NCBI GenBank assembly: GCA_000165345.1
Contig: CM000432.1
Coordinates: 864,001-928,000 of the forward strand
Length of the DNA stretch: 64,000 bases
Reading direction: 5' to 3'
Part shown: positions 32,656-44,222 of the stretch, one piece after another
Numbering within the stretch: the stretch's first letter is position 1
Layout: every line of letters begins with the position of its first letter
Translations under genes and position numbers: made by a program
Notes under the pieces: generated by a model
What the model was told of the DNA's origin: nothing
The model's input: only the letters and a program-made list of their open reading frames with translations
The model's database searches: none

Positions 32656-32877
32656 TTTATATTTTTTCTAAATGCTGTTTTATAGGTGGTTTGACAAAGA
32701 AGGGATTGAATAAAAAAAAGTATTTATAATCAAGTGATAAATATTTTTAATAGTAATAGCAGTAGAGATATTAAAGTAAATAAACTAGTTTTAAATGCAA
32801 AATTTATATTTCTAATTTAATAATATCTTACTTATAATGAAAAAGAAAAAAACCATTATTAAAACAATTAAAAATAT

Positions 32878-32886
32878 GGCGCCAAT
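32878..32886. promoter_or_regulatory. GGCGCCAAT GC-box, about 440 bp upstream of the gene at 33323.
   Basis: GGCGCC core. Confidence 0.4.
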
Positions 32887-33060
32887 ATTGCATGTTGTTA
32901 CCATAAATTAATAAAAGAATAATGATTATATTAAAGTATTGATCTTACAAAAATAAAATAAGAATTAAATAATAAAACAGAAATACTTTTTTCCCCAAAA
33001 GAGATTATTTATATAAAATAATTAATTGATTTTTTTTCATCCCACATTTAAATATCTACA

Positions 33061-33089
33061 AACATGCATGCATGAATGCATGCAGTATC
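33061..33089. promoter_or_regulatory. Dense G-box cluster AACATGCATGCATGAATGCATGCAGTATC, about 240 bp upstream of the gene at 33323.
   Basis: Four overlapping or adjacent GCATGC / ATGCAT elements. Confidence 0.4.
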
Positions 33090-33322
33090 TTTTGCAGTAA
33101 AGTCTAAGTATAGGCCTATTTTGATAAGATAACTCACTTTTTAGAACTCAAATTAGAGAGAAAAATTCATTAAATAAATTATATGATTAGATAAGAGCAA
33201 AAGATGATAACAAAACATGAAATTGTTAATATCTGTTCTAGTCTGAAAATTATTCTTCTAAATAATCATTAATATCTACTTTAACAAATATTGATAAATA
33301 AGATAATTCTGCTGATTCCATC

Positions 33323-34090
33323 ATGATTACTAATATTAAAGGTAACAATGCAGAACTCTGTGATTTCTATAATGATCCAAAAAGAAGAGAAAGGGAAAAC
33401 GATTACATTAATAAAGAAACATTTCCAACCCTTGATCTTTCTATAGAAGGTATCCAAGAAAGTATATCTAAAGTTTGGGATGAATGCCAACAGGGACAAG
33501 AATTATTAGAAGAAATTGATCGTATTCTTACCATTTTATACTCAAAAATTTCAGCATTTTCATCTTCAAATAATGCTTGCTTTTCATTACAATCAGTTTC
33601 TGAGTTAGATTCTCTCGTTAAAGAATATGAGATTAAAAGATCTCTTATTTATGAAACTTTGAGTGGAAAAATCAATCTAAAGAGTGAGCTGGAACTATTA
33701 TATCTTGATTTTATAAAAAAACAATTCCAAGAAACTCATATTCCATTGGAAGGTGTTCAAGAGACTACCAACATAAATCAATCTTTTTTCTCCAATAATA
33801 TAACTCAAATGTCTTCAAATTCCTGTTCTGATTGGAGTATGATCAATGAAATAGACCAAAATGCTTATTCCAGTGGTTTAGATAGCTTTGAAGATGATGA
33901 TGATCAAGATAATGAATCTATGATACTCGATATGAGCATTTCAGGTAGCCATTCAACAAATTTCGAGTATATTCATCAAACCCAGGAAGATAGGCTTGAA
34001 CAAAATGGGCAAGAGATTCTTAATGTCTTAGAGATTGAACAAGAACGTAGCGATGATGGTTTTATTCCTTCTTTTATCTTCCACTTTTAA
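33323..34090 (+). CDS. Hypothetical acidic protein (255 aa) with no signal peptide.
   Basis: ATG ORF with low pI, a predicted coiled-coil and a DDDDQD tract. No recognisable domain. Confidence 0.55.
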   Translation: MITNIKGNNAELCDFYNDPKRRERENDYINKETFPTLDLSIEGIQESISKVWDECQQGQELLEEIDRILTILYSKISAFSSSNNACFSLQSVSELDSLVKEYEIKRSLIYETLSGKINLKSELELLYLDFIKKQFQETHIPLEGVQETTNINQSFFSNNITQMSSNSCSDWSMINEIDQNAYSSGLDSFEDDDDQDNESMILDMSISGSHSTNFEYIHQTQEDRLEQNGQEILNVLEIEQERSDDGFIPSFIFHF

Positions 34091-34428
34091 TGGCAATCGC
34101 ATACCATTCCAAATCAAAATAAATTATCGGGAGAATGAGAATTCGACTTCTTGCCTTTTCTCTATTTACCCAAATGGTTTTTTTTCTTGTTGATATTGAA
34201 TAAGAGCCAATAACCAAACAAGCATTTTAATGATATTTTATAGTAAAGATAATAACATTTAAACTTATTTAATGATTTACCAAAATTTCCCAAAAGAAAA
34301 CGTTACTTCTTTAATAAAAAACACGATCAGTACTCTTTTTTGTTCTCCTCTTCCTCTTTTTGAGTTAATTTATTACATTACTCGTTACCTAATTATTAAA
34401 TGATCAATATATAAAAATATGTGTTATA

Positions 34429-37400
34429 CTAAATATCTCCTTTTCTGTATGTGGTATTCAATGTATTTACAGAAGGTGGTGATGGGATTGAAACTTCCTT
34501 TACTAGTGAAATATACTGTGATATTGCCAAATTATTTATCATACTCTGATCACAAGATCCTTGTTGCTGAGATGACTGATTTTGATCAACATTTAAGTTC
34601 ACCTTTAGTGCCTCAAATAAGCTATAAAAGAGGAAATTTCCATTTGTCACAATGTTCCACCTCATTGATGAAAGATATATATTCTTTGGTTTTGAGTTAT
34701 ATAAGCCACTTATTGGTATTGTAGATTTAAACAATAACTCCAGTAAAGCTGCTCTATCCTCATCAGTTTGAGTGTTATGTTTCAAATTAGATATCAAATA
34801 ATCATCAGATATTGATGGATGCTTATTTGATATACTCTTTGGTATTTGTTGCATTACATATCTTGAAACTATGCAAGTATCTATAAAAGGATGTGTTAAA
34901 AGCTGATTCACGTTAGGCCTATTTGATGGATCCCATTGCAGTGTCCATTTTAATAAATGCCTTAATGCATCAAACCACAATGATTCATTCTCGGTTTTCT
35001 CTGAAAATGTGATTCCCATTTCTCTTGGAAATGAAATCTTGCTCTGGTCATTCTGTAAAAACATCAATATTTCATGAGGAGCTATATTCGACTTTCCAGA
35101 TGATCCACCTTTCTTGCCTCCAGCAGTTGTACTAGATGAACCTTTACTTGTATTTGATATTGGTTGTTGGAATAAATGCCTTTTGTAAGTTATTCTATAC
35201 AATATGGCACCTAAAGACCAAATATCTGCAGTTCTAGACATGACTTGATGTGGCATCCTTAACTTTGAAGCAACTGCAGCAGCAGCAAATTTACTTTCTG
35301 GTATTGTTACTGGACGAACAGTCTCTGGAGCCATAAATGGTAAAGATCCAACGGCCTTGTCTCTAAATATATGCGTTGTATCATCAGCAATAGGTCTAGA
35401 AATACCAAAATCTATAATCTTGACAGTTTTATTATGCAATTTGGACTTTTCTATACTTGTACTATTACTAGTACTATTTGAAGACGATGAAGAAGAATTA
35501 TCACCTAAAAGCTCTGAAGGAGCAACAGATGAACCACTATTTGGGTGATAAACATTCTCAATATCAAGATTTACCAAACTATCTCTCGTGTTAGGCATTC
35601 CATTTCCTTTCTTTTCCACAAAAACAAAGTTTGCTGGCTTTATATCTCCATGAACTATTCTTAAATCATGTACATTCTTTAGTGCAAGTACCATTTCTGT
35701 CCAAATAGATCTTAACACACTTATACTGGGTAATGGAGTGCTTCCTTGCAAGATCCCATTTAAGTCCTTGACCCCCAATTCCATAATTATGTCAATCGCA
35801 CCACAACTGAGTGCAATTTCCGAATCTATAAGTTGTATTACATGAGGACAACCTCTAAGCTTCTTTAGCAGATTCACTTCCTCTGTAAACATTAATAGCA
35901 ACTGCTGCTCTTCGTTATCATCGTCCTCATCCTCGTCATCTTCTTCTTCATAGACCCCATTGTCATTATTGTTAACAATACTCTTGCGAATACTTTTCCT
36001 GGATCTACCTCCACTTGGAGGACATAAATCTTTCTCCGAGTTCTTCTCTTCTTGTTCCTTGTGAGCATTACTGTGATCATGATTTTTTGTAAATACTCGA
36101 ACGCATTTAAGGGCATATAGTTCTCCCGTTTTTGACTCTTTTACTTTGTAAACCTGAGAAGATCCACCTTTTTGTATGGATGATATAATTTCATAATACT
36201 TTCCATTCACTTCCAACTTATATCCTGGGTATTTCACAGCAGGCTCTAATGAATATTTACAAACAAATGGATTTAGGCTCAAATCATTTTTTTCTGCACC
36301 ATTAGTCATATAAACTTCATTGTCTGTATCCATTCTGACAGCTGAATTATTAACGTTAGTGCAATTACCACCATTAATATTAGTATTATTAGTATTAATG
36401 TTACTGCTAGTATTACTATTTATTATATTTTTCCCACTTTCTTCAATGTTAAAACCGATCCTTCTTCCATACTCCCTTTGTCTGTTTACTTGCTGGTTAA
36501 TATTATTACTATCAATATTCATATGATCACGCATTGAATTTGTGTTATCATTTAACTTTATATGAGGTTCATCAACCCTTTGCCTTCTAATGGGTATTGG
36601 CGTTTTTGGATCGCAATTCATTGAACCATATATATTATCATTCGAGCCAGTAACATTCAACTGAGAGTTCCCAACATTAGAAGACGAATATCCACCATAT
36701 TGAGTAGAATCGTTGATCTTATTTACAGCTGGTGTAGCCGCCATTGTTGAGGATGTTGTAGAACTTAAAGAAAATACATGTGCCCTCCCTCCTAACCTCT
36801 TCGATGGAACATATCTTATTGCAGCACGGTGAGATTCAACCGGTTTAGCTGAAGTACTACTACTGGACGATGAATCCTCAATAGTTGATGTTGTTTCTAC
36901 TCCAGAGGAAGAGTTTCCACTATTTTGATGATTATGATTATGACCTATATTTTGATTCTGAGTCAATGTTACAATTTGTTCCAAATTTATGTCTCTAGGT
37001 GACTTAATAGACCCTCCTGATTTACTTTTTTGCATAATAGATGTAAATTGTGTAGTAACAGCCGTTAATAAAGCTTCAGGTTCAGATTTATAGAATCTTC
37101 CTTGCTCAATCCTTTTCATTCCTTCCTTAGCTGCATTATATATTAAACTACCATTCGAAAAAGTCTCACTTTGTTTTCTGGAGTTGTTAAGAAAGTCCAA
37201 AACTGCCCACAAACCCCATATTCTTGAATCTTTCTGACCTACTGGTTGTAAGGAAATCTCATTTAATAAATCTGTACCTATTTCTAGCTCTCCAAGATCT
37301 GGATCTGAGTTCTCACTCTCATTCTCCGACAGAGAACTCCAACAACTTACAATGGTTGCTTCCAAATACAACTCTACATGCTCTTCTGTCCACTTTATCG

Positions 37401-37668
37401 GTAGTTTTGCATTAGCTGCCTCTACTGCATTACGATAAACATAAGATAAGCTCAATGAAATAGTTGAAGGTACCTCGCTTGGCCTGCATAAACCCCAATT
37501 TGGAGGTCCTGATGACAAATTAAATGGAAATGAACTTCTTACTAATCTGTACAACTTTCCATCACAGGCATCATGATGTAAAAATCCCAATATACTTGTT
37601 ATATCTCCCTTTGATAATTCAGAGAGTCGACGCAAGTCTCTCTCAATAACACTCGTCCAATCCATCAT
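34429..37668 (-). CDS. Mps1/TTK-family dual-specificity protein kinase (1079 aa).
   Basis: ATG ORF. The kinase domain has Mps1-characteristic motifs: KYYEIISSIQKGGSSQVYKV (Gly loop), YALKCVRV (VAIK Lys), IVHGDIKPANFVFV (catalytic loop), IIDFGISRPI (DFG) and DIWSLGAILY. It has long Asn/Ser-rich low-complexity inserts and an acidic tract. Confidence 0.8.
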   Translation of the reverse strand: MMDWTSVIERDLRRLSELSKGDITSILGFLHHDACDGKLYRLVRSSFPFNLSSGPPNWGLCRPSEVPSTISLSLSYVYRNAVEAANAKLPIKWTEEHVELYLEATIVSCWSSLSENESENSDPDLGELEIGTDLLNEISLQPVGQKDSRIWGLWAVLDFLNNSRKQSETFSNGSLIYNAAKEGMKRIEQGRFYKSEPEALLTAVTTQFTSIMQKSKSGGSIKSPRDINLEQIVTLTQNQNIGHNHNHQNSGNSSSGVETTSTIEDSSSSSSTSAKPVESHRAAIRYVPSKRLGGRAHVFSLSSTTSSTMAATPAVNKINDSTQYGGYSSSNVGNSQLNVTGSNDNIYGSMNCDPKTPIPIRRQRVDEPHIKLNDNTNSMRDHMNIDSNNINQQVNRQREYGRRIGFNIEESGKNIINSNTSSNINTNNTNINGGNCTNVNNSAVRMDTDNEVYMTNGAEKNDLSLNPFVCKYSLEPAVKYPGYKLEVNGKYYEIISSIQKGGSSQVYKVKESKTGELYALKCVRVFTKNHDHSNAHKEQEEKNSEKDLCPPSGGRSRKSIRKSIVNNNDNGVYEEEDDEDEDDDNEEQQLLLMFTEEVNLLKKLRGCPHVIQLIDSEIALSCGAIDIIMELGVKDLNGILQGSTPLPSISVLRSIWTEMVLALKNVHDLRIVHGDIKPANFVFVEKKGNGMPNTRDSLVNLDIENVYHPNSGSSVAPSELLGDNSSSSSSNSTSNSTSIEKSKLHNKTVKIIDFGISRPIADDTTHIFRDKAVGSLPFMAPETVRPVTIPESKFAAAAVASKLRMPHQVMSRTADIWSLGAILYRITYKRHLFQQPISNTSKGSSSTTAGGKKGGSSGKSNIAPHEILMFLQNDQSKISFPREMGITFSEKTENESLWFDALRHLLKWTLQWDPSNRPNVNQLLTHPFIDTCIVSRYVMQQIPKSISNKHPSISDDYLISNLKHNTQTDEDRAALLELLFKSTIPISGLYNSKPKNIYLSSMRWNIVTNGNFLFYSLFEALKVNLNVDQNQSSQQQGSCDQSMINNLAISQYISLVKEVSIPSPPSVNTLNTTYRKGDI

Positions 37669-38046
37669 TCACCTATTATTAAATCCATTAATTTACCAAA
37701 ATTTGCTACCTTAATAATTTATCCAAAAGCAATTAAAAGAATGGATAGGTAATAAAGATAGAATGATAAAAATGTTATACCTATAATTATGGCCTTTGTT
37801 TATTTATTATTTCGCTATGTTTATCTTTGCCACCCCACAAATTCCTTTCTTTTCTTACTTTAGCTGGGAACCTTAGTATTAATAGTTGCTAGTATCACTT
37901 CACTCGGAAATTTAATGAGAAAATGTCTTAATCTTTTATTAGAGTTGCATGAATTATCCTTTTTTATTTACTTTGCTTTTCTTATCCTATTCTTGTTATT
38001 CTTTTTTTTTTTTGATAAAGTTCTTACATTCCCACATTTAATAGAG

Positions 38047-38064
38047 TTCGCGCCTTTTTACCGC
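38047..38064. promoter_or_regulatory. TTCGCGCCTTTTTACCGC composite GC-box, about 380 bp upstream of the Mps1 ATG (37668, -).
   Basis: A GC island in AT-rich sequence. G-box elements lie further upstream at 38473-38490 (AAATGCATGCATGTGAGC), 38546-38578 and 38581-38593 (TGTGCATGCTG). Confidence 0.4.
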
Positions 38065-38734
38065 ATATTACTTACGTATTTATGATTTAAATATGATATT
38101 ATGGTAAAATAAATATAAATTTAAGTTCCTATTCTTTTTCCTTCTTTCTCGAATATTTATCTTTATATTTAGAATATAGATGGGATATTATAACTAGTTA
38201 TTGTTATTGTAATTTTAAGCAACACTCTGAATTTCTATTCAAAGTTGTAGAAATTAATTTGTTTTCTTGATAGATTCTCAGAATTTCGACTCATTATTGG
38301 CATCTTTCTAATGATATTTTTAAATAAATTCCATTTTTATTCGTATATTCAAAGATAGAAAATATTCTAAAATAGAACAGAAATTGTAATTTTTTATTTT
38401 TTTTTGTTTTTAGAAAATTTAATTCTTGGTTTGAAATTAACTAGATTATTGCTATCTGCTTCCACGTAATTAAATGCATGCATGTGAGCAAATTTTTAAA
38501 AAAATATTCATGTGGAAGGCCGGTATTGAATGAGTGAGTGGCGTAATTACATGCAATTATTGCAAATGAATGCAAAAAAAAATGTGCATGCTGTTTATAT
38601 ATTTTTAATATATAAAAAAAAAAAACAAAATGGAAATAAAGTTGAATAACATTTCTAATTTACAAATATATCAATAATGACTAATTATATTTAAATTTGA
38701 AACAAAGCTAAAGATCATACTCTGAATTTGGAAA

Positions 38735-41700
38735 TTATAATAAAAATGACTGACAAAGCCAATTCAAAGAATCAATATCATATGGAATATCATCCTCAAG
38801 AATTGCATGTTCACCTTGGTAATGACTTGGATTGAGAGCAATACTTAGAGATGCATTAAAAGCTTGAACAGAAATAACTGAATTATTCGAATAAATTGTT
38901 GGACTGATTTCTTTAACAATTGAATTATATCTTTCTCTAAGCTGTAAATATGAAATATCTCCCAATGGAGGAAGAATTGAAGGGCTATTTTCCGCATCAT
39001 CAGAAGTGATTGTAGAAGGAGTATTTTCGCCATTATTTGAATTTATCGCATTTATTTTAAACTTTAGTTTGGTAAAATTATCCTCAACTCTAAACTCAAA
39101 TTCAATACTATCTTGAATTTCAAACATTTTTTGTGGTATCATATGTAATACTGGCTTCCAAAATGTTGTTTTATGATAACAAATCTTTTTATTAAGATCA
39201 TTTTGAATACTTTCCATTGGTATGGTATTTTCAGTTAACTCATTTATTGCAGAATTTACAGAATTTGATGAAGAAGTTGTTGTTGGAGTATTTTCTTCCA
39301 AATAATTAAAAGAGTTGATCCTTTCAGTATTATCAACAAATAATGGGCTTGTTGTAAGCACATTTCCATCATCAATCCAAAGATCAAAGAAAACTACAAC
39401 CGAATTAACTCTTCCTTGCTTAATTATTTTCGAGTTTATCTCCTTCTTCCAATCAGAAAGCTTTAAAAATTCTTCAGAATTCAAATCTAATGTTAAAATA
39501 TGGAAAATTTTGCTCATTTCAGATATGTTATACTTATTATTATTTTTAATAGGAATCCATTGTGAGTTTCCTTCGAATCTATAAGTATCCCAAAAACTTA
39601 TATCAATATTATGTTCATCACATAAATTTGGACCAATTCTCGCAACAAATCCATAAAATGAAATTCTATTTGGTACTGGAATATTTGGAACCTTATTATT
39701 ATTATATTTTCTTACTAATCCATTACTAAATGCAGTTCCCCAAAGTGGAATTATTCCTTCGCTTAGACCATCATGGTCAAAATTCAATCCAGTAAATAAT
39801 CTAACCTTTTCCTCAACAAAGTAATATTGAATATTACTTGTATTTGGACCAATATTTGCAGTTTTTGGTAATATTTGCCTTACATCACAATTAAAAAACG
39901 TTAATCTTTCAGATAGCTTTTTATTTAAGATATGCTTTGCTGAAGAGTTATTCGAAATCCATTGATAATACTTCATCTTTTCTTGGTATTCTTTTTCTTT
40001 ATTCAGATTCTCCAAACCACGACAATCTTCTGAAACTTCACTCATTGGTTTCCAGTATTTTGATTGGTTTGCTTCCAAATTATCATTTAAAGACATATCA
40101 TGATTATATAGTTTTTTTATTTCATTTTCAACAACATCAGAAAGTAAAATATGGAGATTATCTTTAATTATTTTCATATATAAATCTTGAACATTTGGAA
40201 GATTTTCAATACAAGTAAAATGGAAATCAGATTTTTTCCAATTACTATATAAGTTATTTTGTGTTGATTTATTCATTTTAGAGCTTATAAAAAGTAATAT
40301 CATTGGTAATATAGCTCCAGGAGATGTTGAAGTTATTAATCCTTCAAATATTTTACCAGCAGTATTATGTATTATTGAGGATTTGTAATTATTGATTAAA
40401 GCATTGGATAACATTTCTATGGATTTTGTATCCCATAAGTATTCTATAACACTTCTTGGTAATGAAGTTGAGAATTTATTTGGTAATTTGTATTTAATCA
40501 ACTGTTCCTTTTTCAATAGACTTAGAGATTCAGCATTGGGATTAATTACTATTCGAGTTTCTTCAATTTGGAAATCAAACTTAATTTTTACTGCATTATT
40601 CAGATTATCATTTGTAATATTACCTCCAATCCAATTAATTGCTGGAGGAATAATTGACTCCATTCCAATTTGATTAATATCACGAGAAGAATCTATTAAT
40701 AAAATCTCTTCATCATTAAGTTCTTTAATGGCCTTAAAACTGAGTAATATTGAGTTTATTTGAGTATTTGGTTCAAGTAAATAATCTATTGTTCCATTAT
40801 AAGTTTGCTTATCTGCATCATTTTCATCTTTACATTCAATTCTTGAAATGGTAAAATTTTCACTGGAAATTGAATTTAAAGTAAAGTAATTCATTTTATT
40901 CTTATTTAGCATTTCCTCTAATGGTAAATAACCTAATAAAATTGGTTTTGAAATATATTTGATATGTGAATATGCATTATTCACTTTAAATGCTTCCCAA
41001 TAAGGAGACCAAAGGCCTTCATTAAGTCTGCTCATATTAATTTCAGAAATACTTTGATTCTCTAAATTTAATGATGGAATATTTATATCAGAAAATTGAA
41101 TATAAACTTTAATTAAGCTTGGAGTAACAGAAATATTCATTTTTTGTTCATTTCCAACAATATTACTTCTATTAATATTTATTGGTATACTTTTTAAGTT
41201 TGGAATTAAACCATAACCTAGAATTCCTGGCTCGAAAATGCTTGGATCAATTATTATGGAATTTGGATTAAATATATTCCAAAATTCAGACTTCAAATGT
41301 TGAACATTTCCATGAATTATTTTCAAGGATTTATTTTCATTGGATTCTGAACTTAATTCATCAGAAGAGATTTTTTGTGATGATTCAAAATCTTTCAAGA
41401 ATTCTGAATGATACAAGTTAAAGTTTGCGAATTTGACATTATTAGATAATGAAATGTTTGAATATAAACGATGAATTATTGATGAACTGGACTTTGCTTG
41501 GGTTATTGCAATAATATTACTACTCATTCCGAACTTTCTATAATAATTTACTGGTAAAATAAAAGATCCAGTACCAATAAAAACAACATTTTCTGCATTC
41601 AATTTATTCAAAAGATTAATCCAATTGTCTGCATATAAATAATATTGATCAACAAAATTCTCAATAATTCTCTTAAACCATTGTATTTCTGAAGAAATCT

Positions 41701-42664
41701 GAAGTAATCTAGAAATTCCTTTAATATTATCACTTTCGGAATCTTTTGGATCAGATTTAATAAATTTCATGGATGGTTCAAAAATTAATTTGTCACCATA
41801 TTTAGATTTAGCCCTTTTCTTCTTATTTTGGTTTTCTGTATTGCTGTCTAATGGAATTGTTCCTCCCAATGAAAGCTTTAAATTCTCAATTTCTTCTTGG
41901 GAAAGGTCAGGAGAAAGCTCTAATTGAAGATTTTCATGATTTCCAATTGAAGAAGCAAATTCTTCATTTCCAGATAACATGCTACTAAAGTTTGAAGGCA
42001 AATTGATGATATTCTGAGAATTGGGTAGTTCTTCTTGAGAGTTATTTTTTGCATTTTCTGCAAGTTCCTCAAGCTCTAACTCCCTTAAAGCCTCCTCAAA
42101 TCTGGAGTAATCTACTGTAACTCGTTTTAATGCATTGTTGTGGTCAGCCTTCTTTTCGCAAATCTTTATCAGGTTTTCTATTTCTTTAATTGAATTTTCA
42201 TTATTACTCTCATTTTCTCGTTTTAGGGCTGCTTTAAACACAATTACAGCTTTATCAAATATATTAAGATAATATAATGCTTTTCCAGCTCTGTACCATC
42301 CTTTGGACCAGTTTGGATTTAATAAAATACATTCCTTTGCATCTTGAAAAGCTTTACTATAGTTATCTTCTTGCCCTAGTTTTAAGTAGCATTGACTTCT
42401 ATTTGATAATAACTTGGAAAGTTCTATTTTATCTTCATCCTTCAGGTCTATCTTATATCCAGAAATTGCTTGCGTAAATGAATTTATTGCATCAATATAT
42501 TTACCCTTACCAAACTCTATCTTTCCTTGTTCTGTAAATTTACCTAGAGAATATTTTACTATTCCAGGATCTATTCCTTTAAGTGTGGATTGTATTCCTG
42601 ATAAGTTGCCATTCCCAAGCTCGCTCATTAATTTGCAGACCGTGTCCTCAATATTAGGGTTCAT
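38735..42664 (-). CDS. TPR-repeat protein with a central Rossmann-fold methyltransferase-like region (possible PRMT9-like arrangement), 1309 aa.
   Basis: ATG ORF. N-terminal residues about 45-150 form three TPR motifs (LLSNRSQCYLKLGQEDNYSKAFQDAKECILLNPNWSKGWYRAGKALYYLNIFDKAVIVFKAALK). The downstream VVFIGTGSFILPVNYYRKFG...NIIAITQAKSS resembles SAM-binding motif I plus post-I (VLDVGSGTGIL...VYAVEAS) of protein arginine methyltransferases. The rest has no clear similarity. Confidence 0.7.
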   Translation of the reverse strand: MNPNIEDTVCKLMSELGNGNLSGIQSTLKGIDPGIVKYSLGKFTEQGKIEFGKGKYIDAINSFTQAISGYKIDLKDEDKIELSKLLSNRSQCYLKLGQEDNYSKAFQDAKECILLNPNWSKGWYRAGKALYYLNIFDKAVIVFKAALKRENESNNENSIKEIENLIKICEKKADHNNALKRVTVDYSRFEEALRELELEELAENAKNNSQEELPNSQNIINLPSNFSSMLSGNEEFASSIGNHENLQLELSPDLSQEEIENLKLSLGGTIPLDSNTENQNKKKRAKSKYGDKLIFEPSMKFIKSDPKDSESDNIKGISRLLQISSEIQWFKRIIENFVDQYYLYADNWINLLNKLNAENVVFIGTGSFILPVNYYRKFGMSSNIIAITQAKSSSSIIHRLYSNISLSNNVKFANFNLYHSEFLKDFESSQKISSDELSSESNENKSLKIIHGNVQHLKSEFWNIFNPNSIIIDPSIFEPGILGYGLIPNLKSIPININRSNIVGNEQKMNISVTPSLIKVYIQFSDINIPSLNLENQSISEINMSRLNEGLWSPYWEAFKVNNAYSHIKYISKPILLGYLPLEEMLNKNKMNYFTLNSISSENFTISRIECKDENDADKQTYNGTIDYLLEPNTQINSILLSFKAIKELNDEEILLIDSSRDINQIGMESIIPPAINWIGGNITNDNLNNAVKIKFDFQIEETRIVINPNAESLSLLKKEQLIKYKLPNKFSTSLPRSVIEYLWDTKSIEMLSNALINNYKSSIIHNTAGKIFEGLITSTSPGAILPMILLFISSKMNKSTQNNLYSNWKKSDFHFTCIENLPNVQDLYMKIIKDNLHILLSDVVENEIKKLYNHDMSLNDNLEANQSKYWKPMSEVSEDCRGLENLNKEKEYQEKMKYYQWISNNSSAKHILNKKLSERLTFFNCDVRQILPKTANIGPNTSNIQYYFVEEKVRLFTGLNFDHDGLSEGIIPLWGTAFSNGLVRKYNNNKVPNIPVPNRISFYGFVARIGPNLCDEHNIDISFWDTYRFEGNSQWIPIKNNNKYNISEMSKIFHILTLDLNSEEFLKLSDWKKEINSKIIKQGRVNSVVVFFDLWIDDGNVLTTSPLFVDNTERINSFNYLEENTPTTTSSSNSVNSAINELTENTIPMESIQNDLNKKICYHKTTFWKPVLHMIPQKMFEIQDSIEFEFRVEDNFTKLKFKINAINSNNGENTPSTITSDDAENSPSILPPLGDISYLQLRERYNSIVKEISPTIYSNNSVISVQAFNASLSIALNPSHYQGEHAILEDDIPYDIDSLNWLCQSFLL

Positions 42665-43297
42665 TTTCTTATTCTCTTTTTTTTCCCCCTATATTTTCAA
42701 GTAGAATAAAAAAAAAAAGCAAAAACCTAATTTAATTAAAGTTTTTATCAAATTTAAAAAGAACAAAAAAACCTTAATTTTTTTTTCTATAAAAGTAATT
42801 GACATTGCATTTATATTGCAGTTGTGCATAACAATAAGTTACCGGCATTTATAACTAAGTTTCGTGTTATTTTCTATTAATTCCTCTTGTGGGGGCAAAA
42901 AATAAGGAGACTCCTAAACTATTCTATTATTTAAATTAGTACTAAAATTAATAGTTTTACTATTTTTATTTATTAGAAGACGTGAAGTATTATTATTAAT
43001 AAAAAATAATTTATTTAAAATTGACACACATCAGGCGGGCTCTGCCCAACAAATTAATTTAAGAAAATGCAGCTTTAATGTTAGAGCATTTAAATACTTA
43101 TAATTATTTCATAAGAAGACGTCAATTTGAATTGTTGTTTAGCAATATTAATCCTTTATAATTCTCTCTTTATTTTTATTAACTCTGAAGACAACTATTA
43201 ATGGTTTTTTTGTTAAAACCAAATAATTATTATCCTAAATTATATTATCCTCGCATTTTGCTTTATATTACGTAATTACATGTAATAATTACAATTA

Positions 43298-43313
43298 TTT
43301 GCATGCATATTTG
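43298..43313. promoter_or_regulatory. TTTGCATGCATATTTG G-box, about 640 bp upstream of the ATG at 42664 (-). A palindromic ATTACATGTAAT lies at 43263-43274 and AGGCGGGC at 43033-43040.
   Basis: Read directly in the sequence. Confidence 0.35.
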
Positions 43314-43804
43314 TTTTCTGTTAGAGTTTTGTAATGTGGCAATGAAATTATTAAATTACATACCGGTGTTCAAGTTGGAAAATTATGTGTCACAATAACA
43401 TTTATTTACAAAAACTATTAATATTATTTTATTCTTAAATAAAAACATTATGAAATATTTATTTATTATTGATCATTATTTCTTTTCAATTTTTGAAAAA
43501 ACATTGTAATATCTTGATAAATTCTTTCTCTAAATAAATATAATTTGTGTAAAATTAGAAACAATAAAAATCAATAGGTAGAATAATAGCTGTAAGATAA
43601 TAGGAGAAATGAAATAAGGTAATTGTAAGGAAAAAAAAAGTTGAAAAGTTTATATTCTAGATTTATTAGAATAATAATATTAATAGTAGTTTGCGAAATA
43701 TAGGTGAATTCTATGTATTGACAAGAAGGAATTCGCGAAAAGAAAACTTGAAATTCAAGAAATTCCTCCATATAAAAACTCCCATCACTTTGGTGGAGAT
43801 AAAT

Positions 43805-44222
43805 TTAATGTTCTTCAGCTTTGTGGATAGGATTAATGAGTGGAAACATTTGAGAAAGGTAAACGCAAAACCACATAATCCATAGGCAGAAAGTCATCAT
43901 TACTACCACAACAAGTGAAATCCTGAGAAGGCAAAAAAGTTATTAGTAGGTAATTTGCAGTTCTAGCCATCGTTTCAATGCAAAATTGATCTGTTTTGTA
44001 TTACTTTTTGTAAACAAAATCAGCAAATGACCAGAAGAAAATGCATCCTTTGACTAACAAAAGATACATATCCAATAATTAAACTTACTTAGCAGTATCA
44101 GATCTGGAAAGATTCTTACTTCCCTTAATACCAAAATATACTGTTGAAGAAACCGCAGCAATGAAACCCAGTACTCCAAAAATTATTGAACCAAAAATCG
44201 CATTATCATAAGGAGGAGCCAT
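43805..44222 (-). CDS. V-type H+-ATPase V0 subunit e (ATP6V0E/Vma9-like), 83 aa, two exons: complement(join(43805..43922,44089..44222)).
   Basis: Exon 1 (ATG 44222) encodes MAPPYDNAIFGSIIFGVLGFIAAVSSTVYFGIKGSKNLSRSDTA, ends in phase 2 and is followed by GTAAGT. A 166-nt intron ends in ...TTTTGCCTTCTCAG. Exon 2 encodes KISLVVVVMMTFCLWIMWFCVYLSQMFPLINPIHKAEEH. The protein has two TM helices and resembles metazoan subunit e: [20 protein letters not shown] aligns with FGVLGFIAAV..GIKGSKNLS, and CYLFWLIAILAQLNPLFGP aligns with CLWIMWFCVYLSQMFPLINP. Confidence 0.55.
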
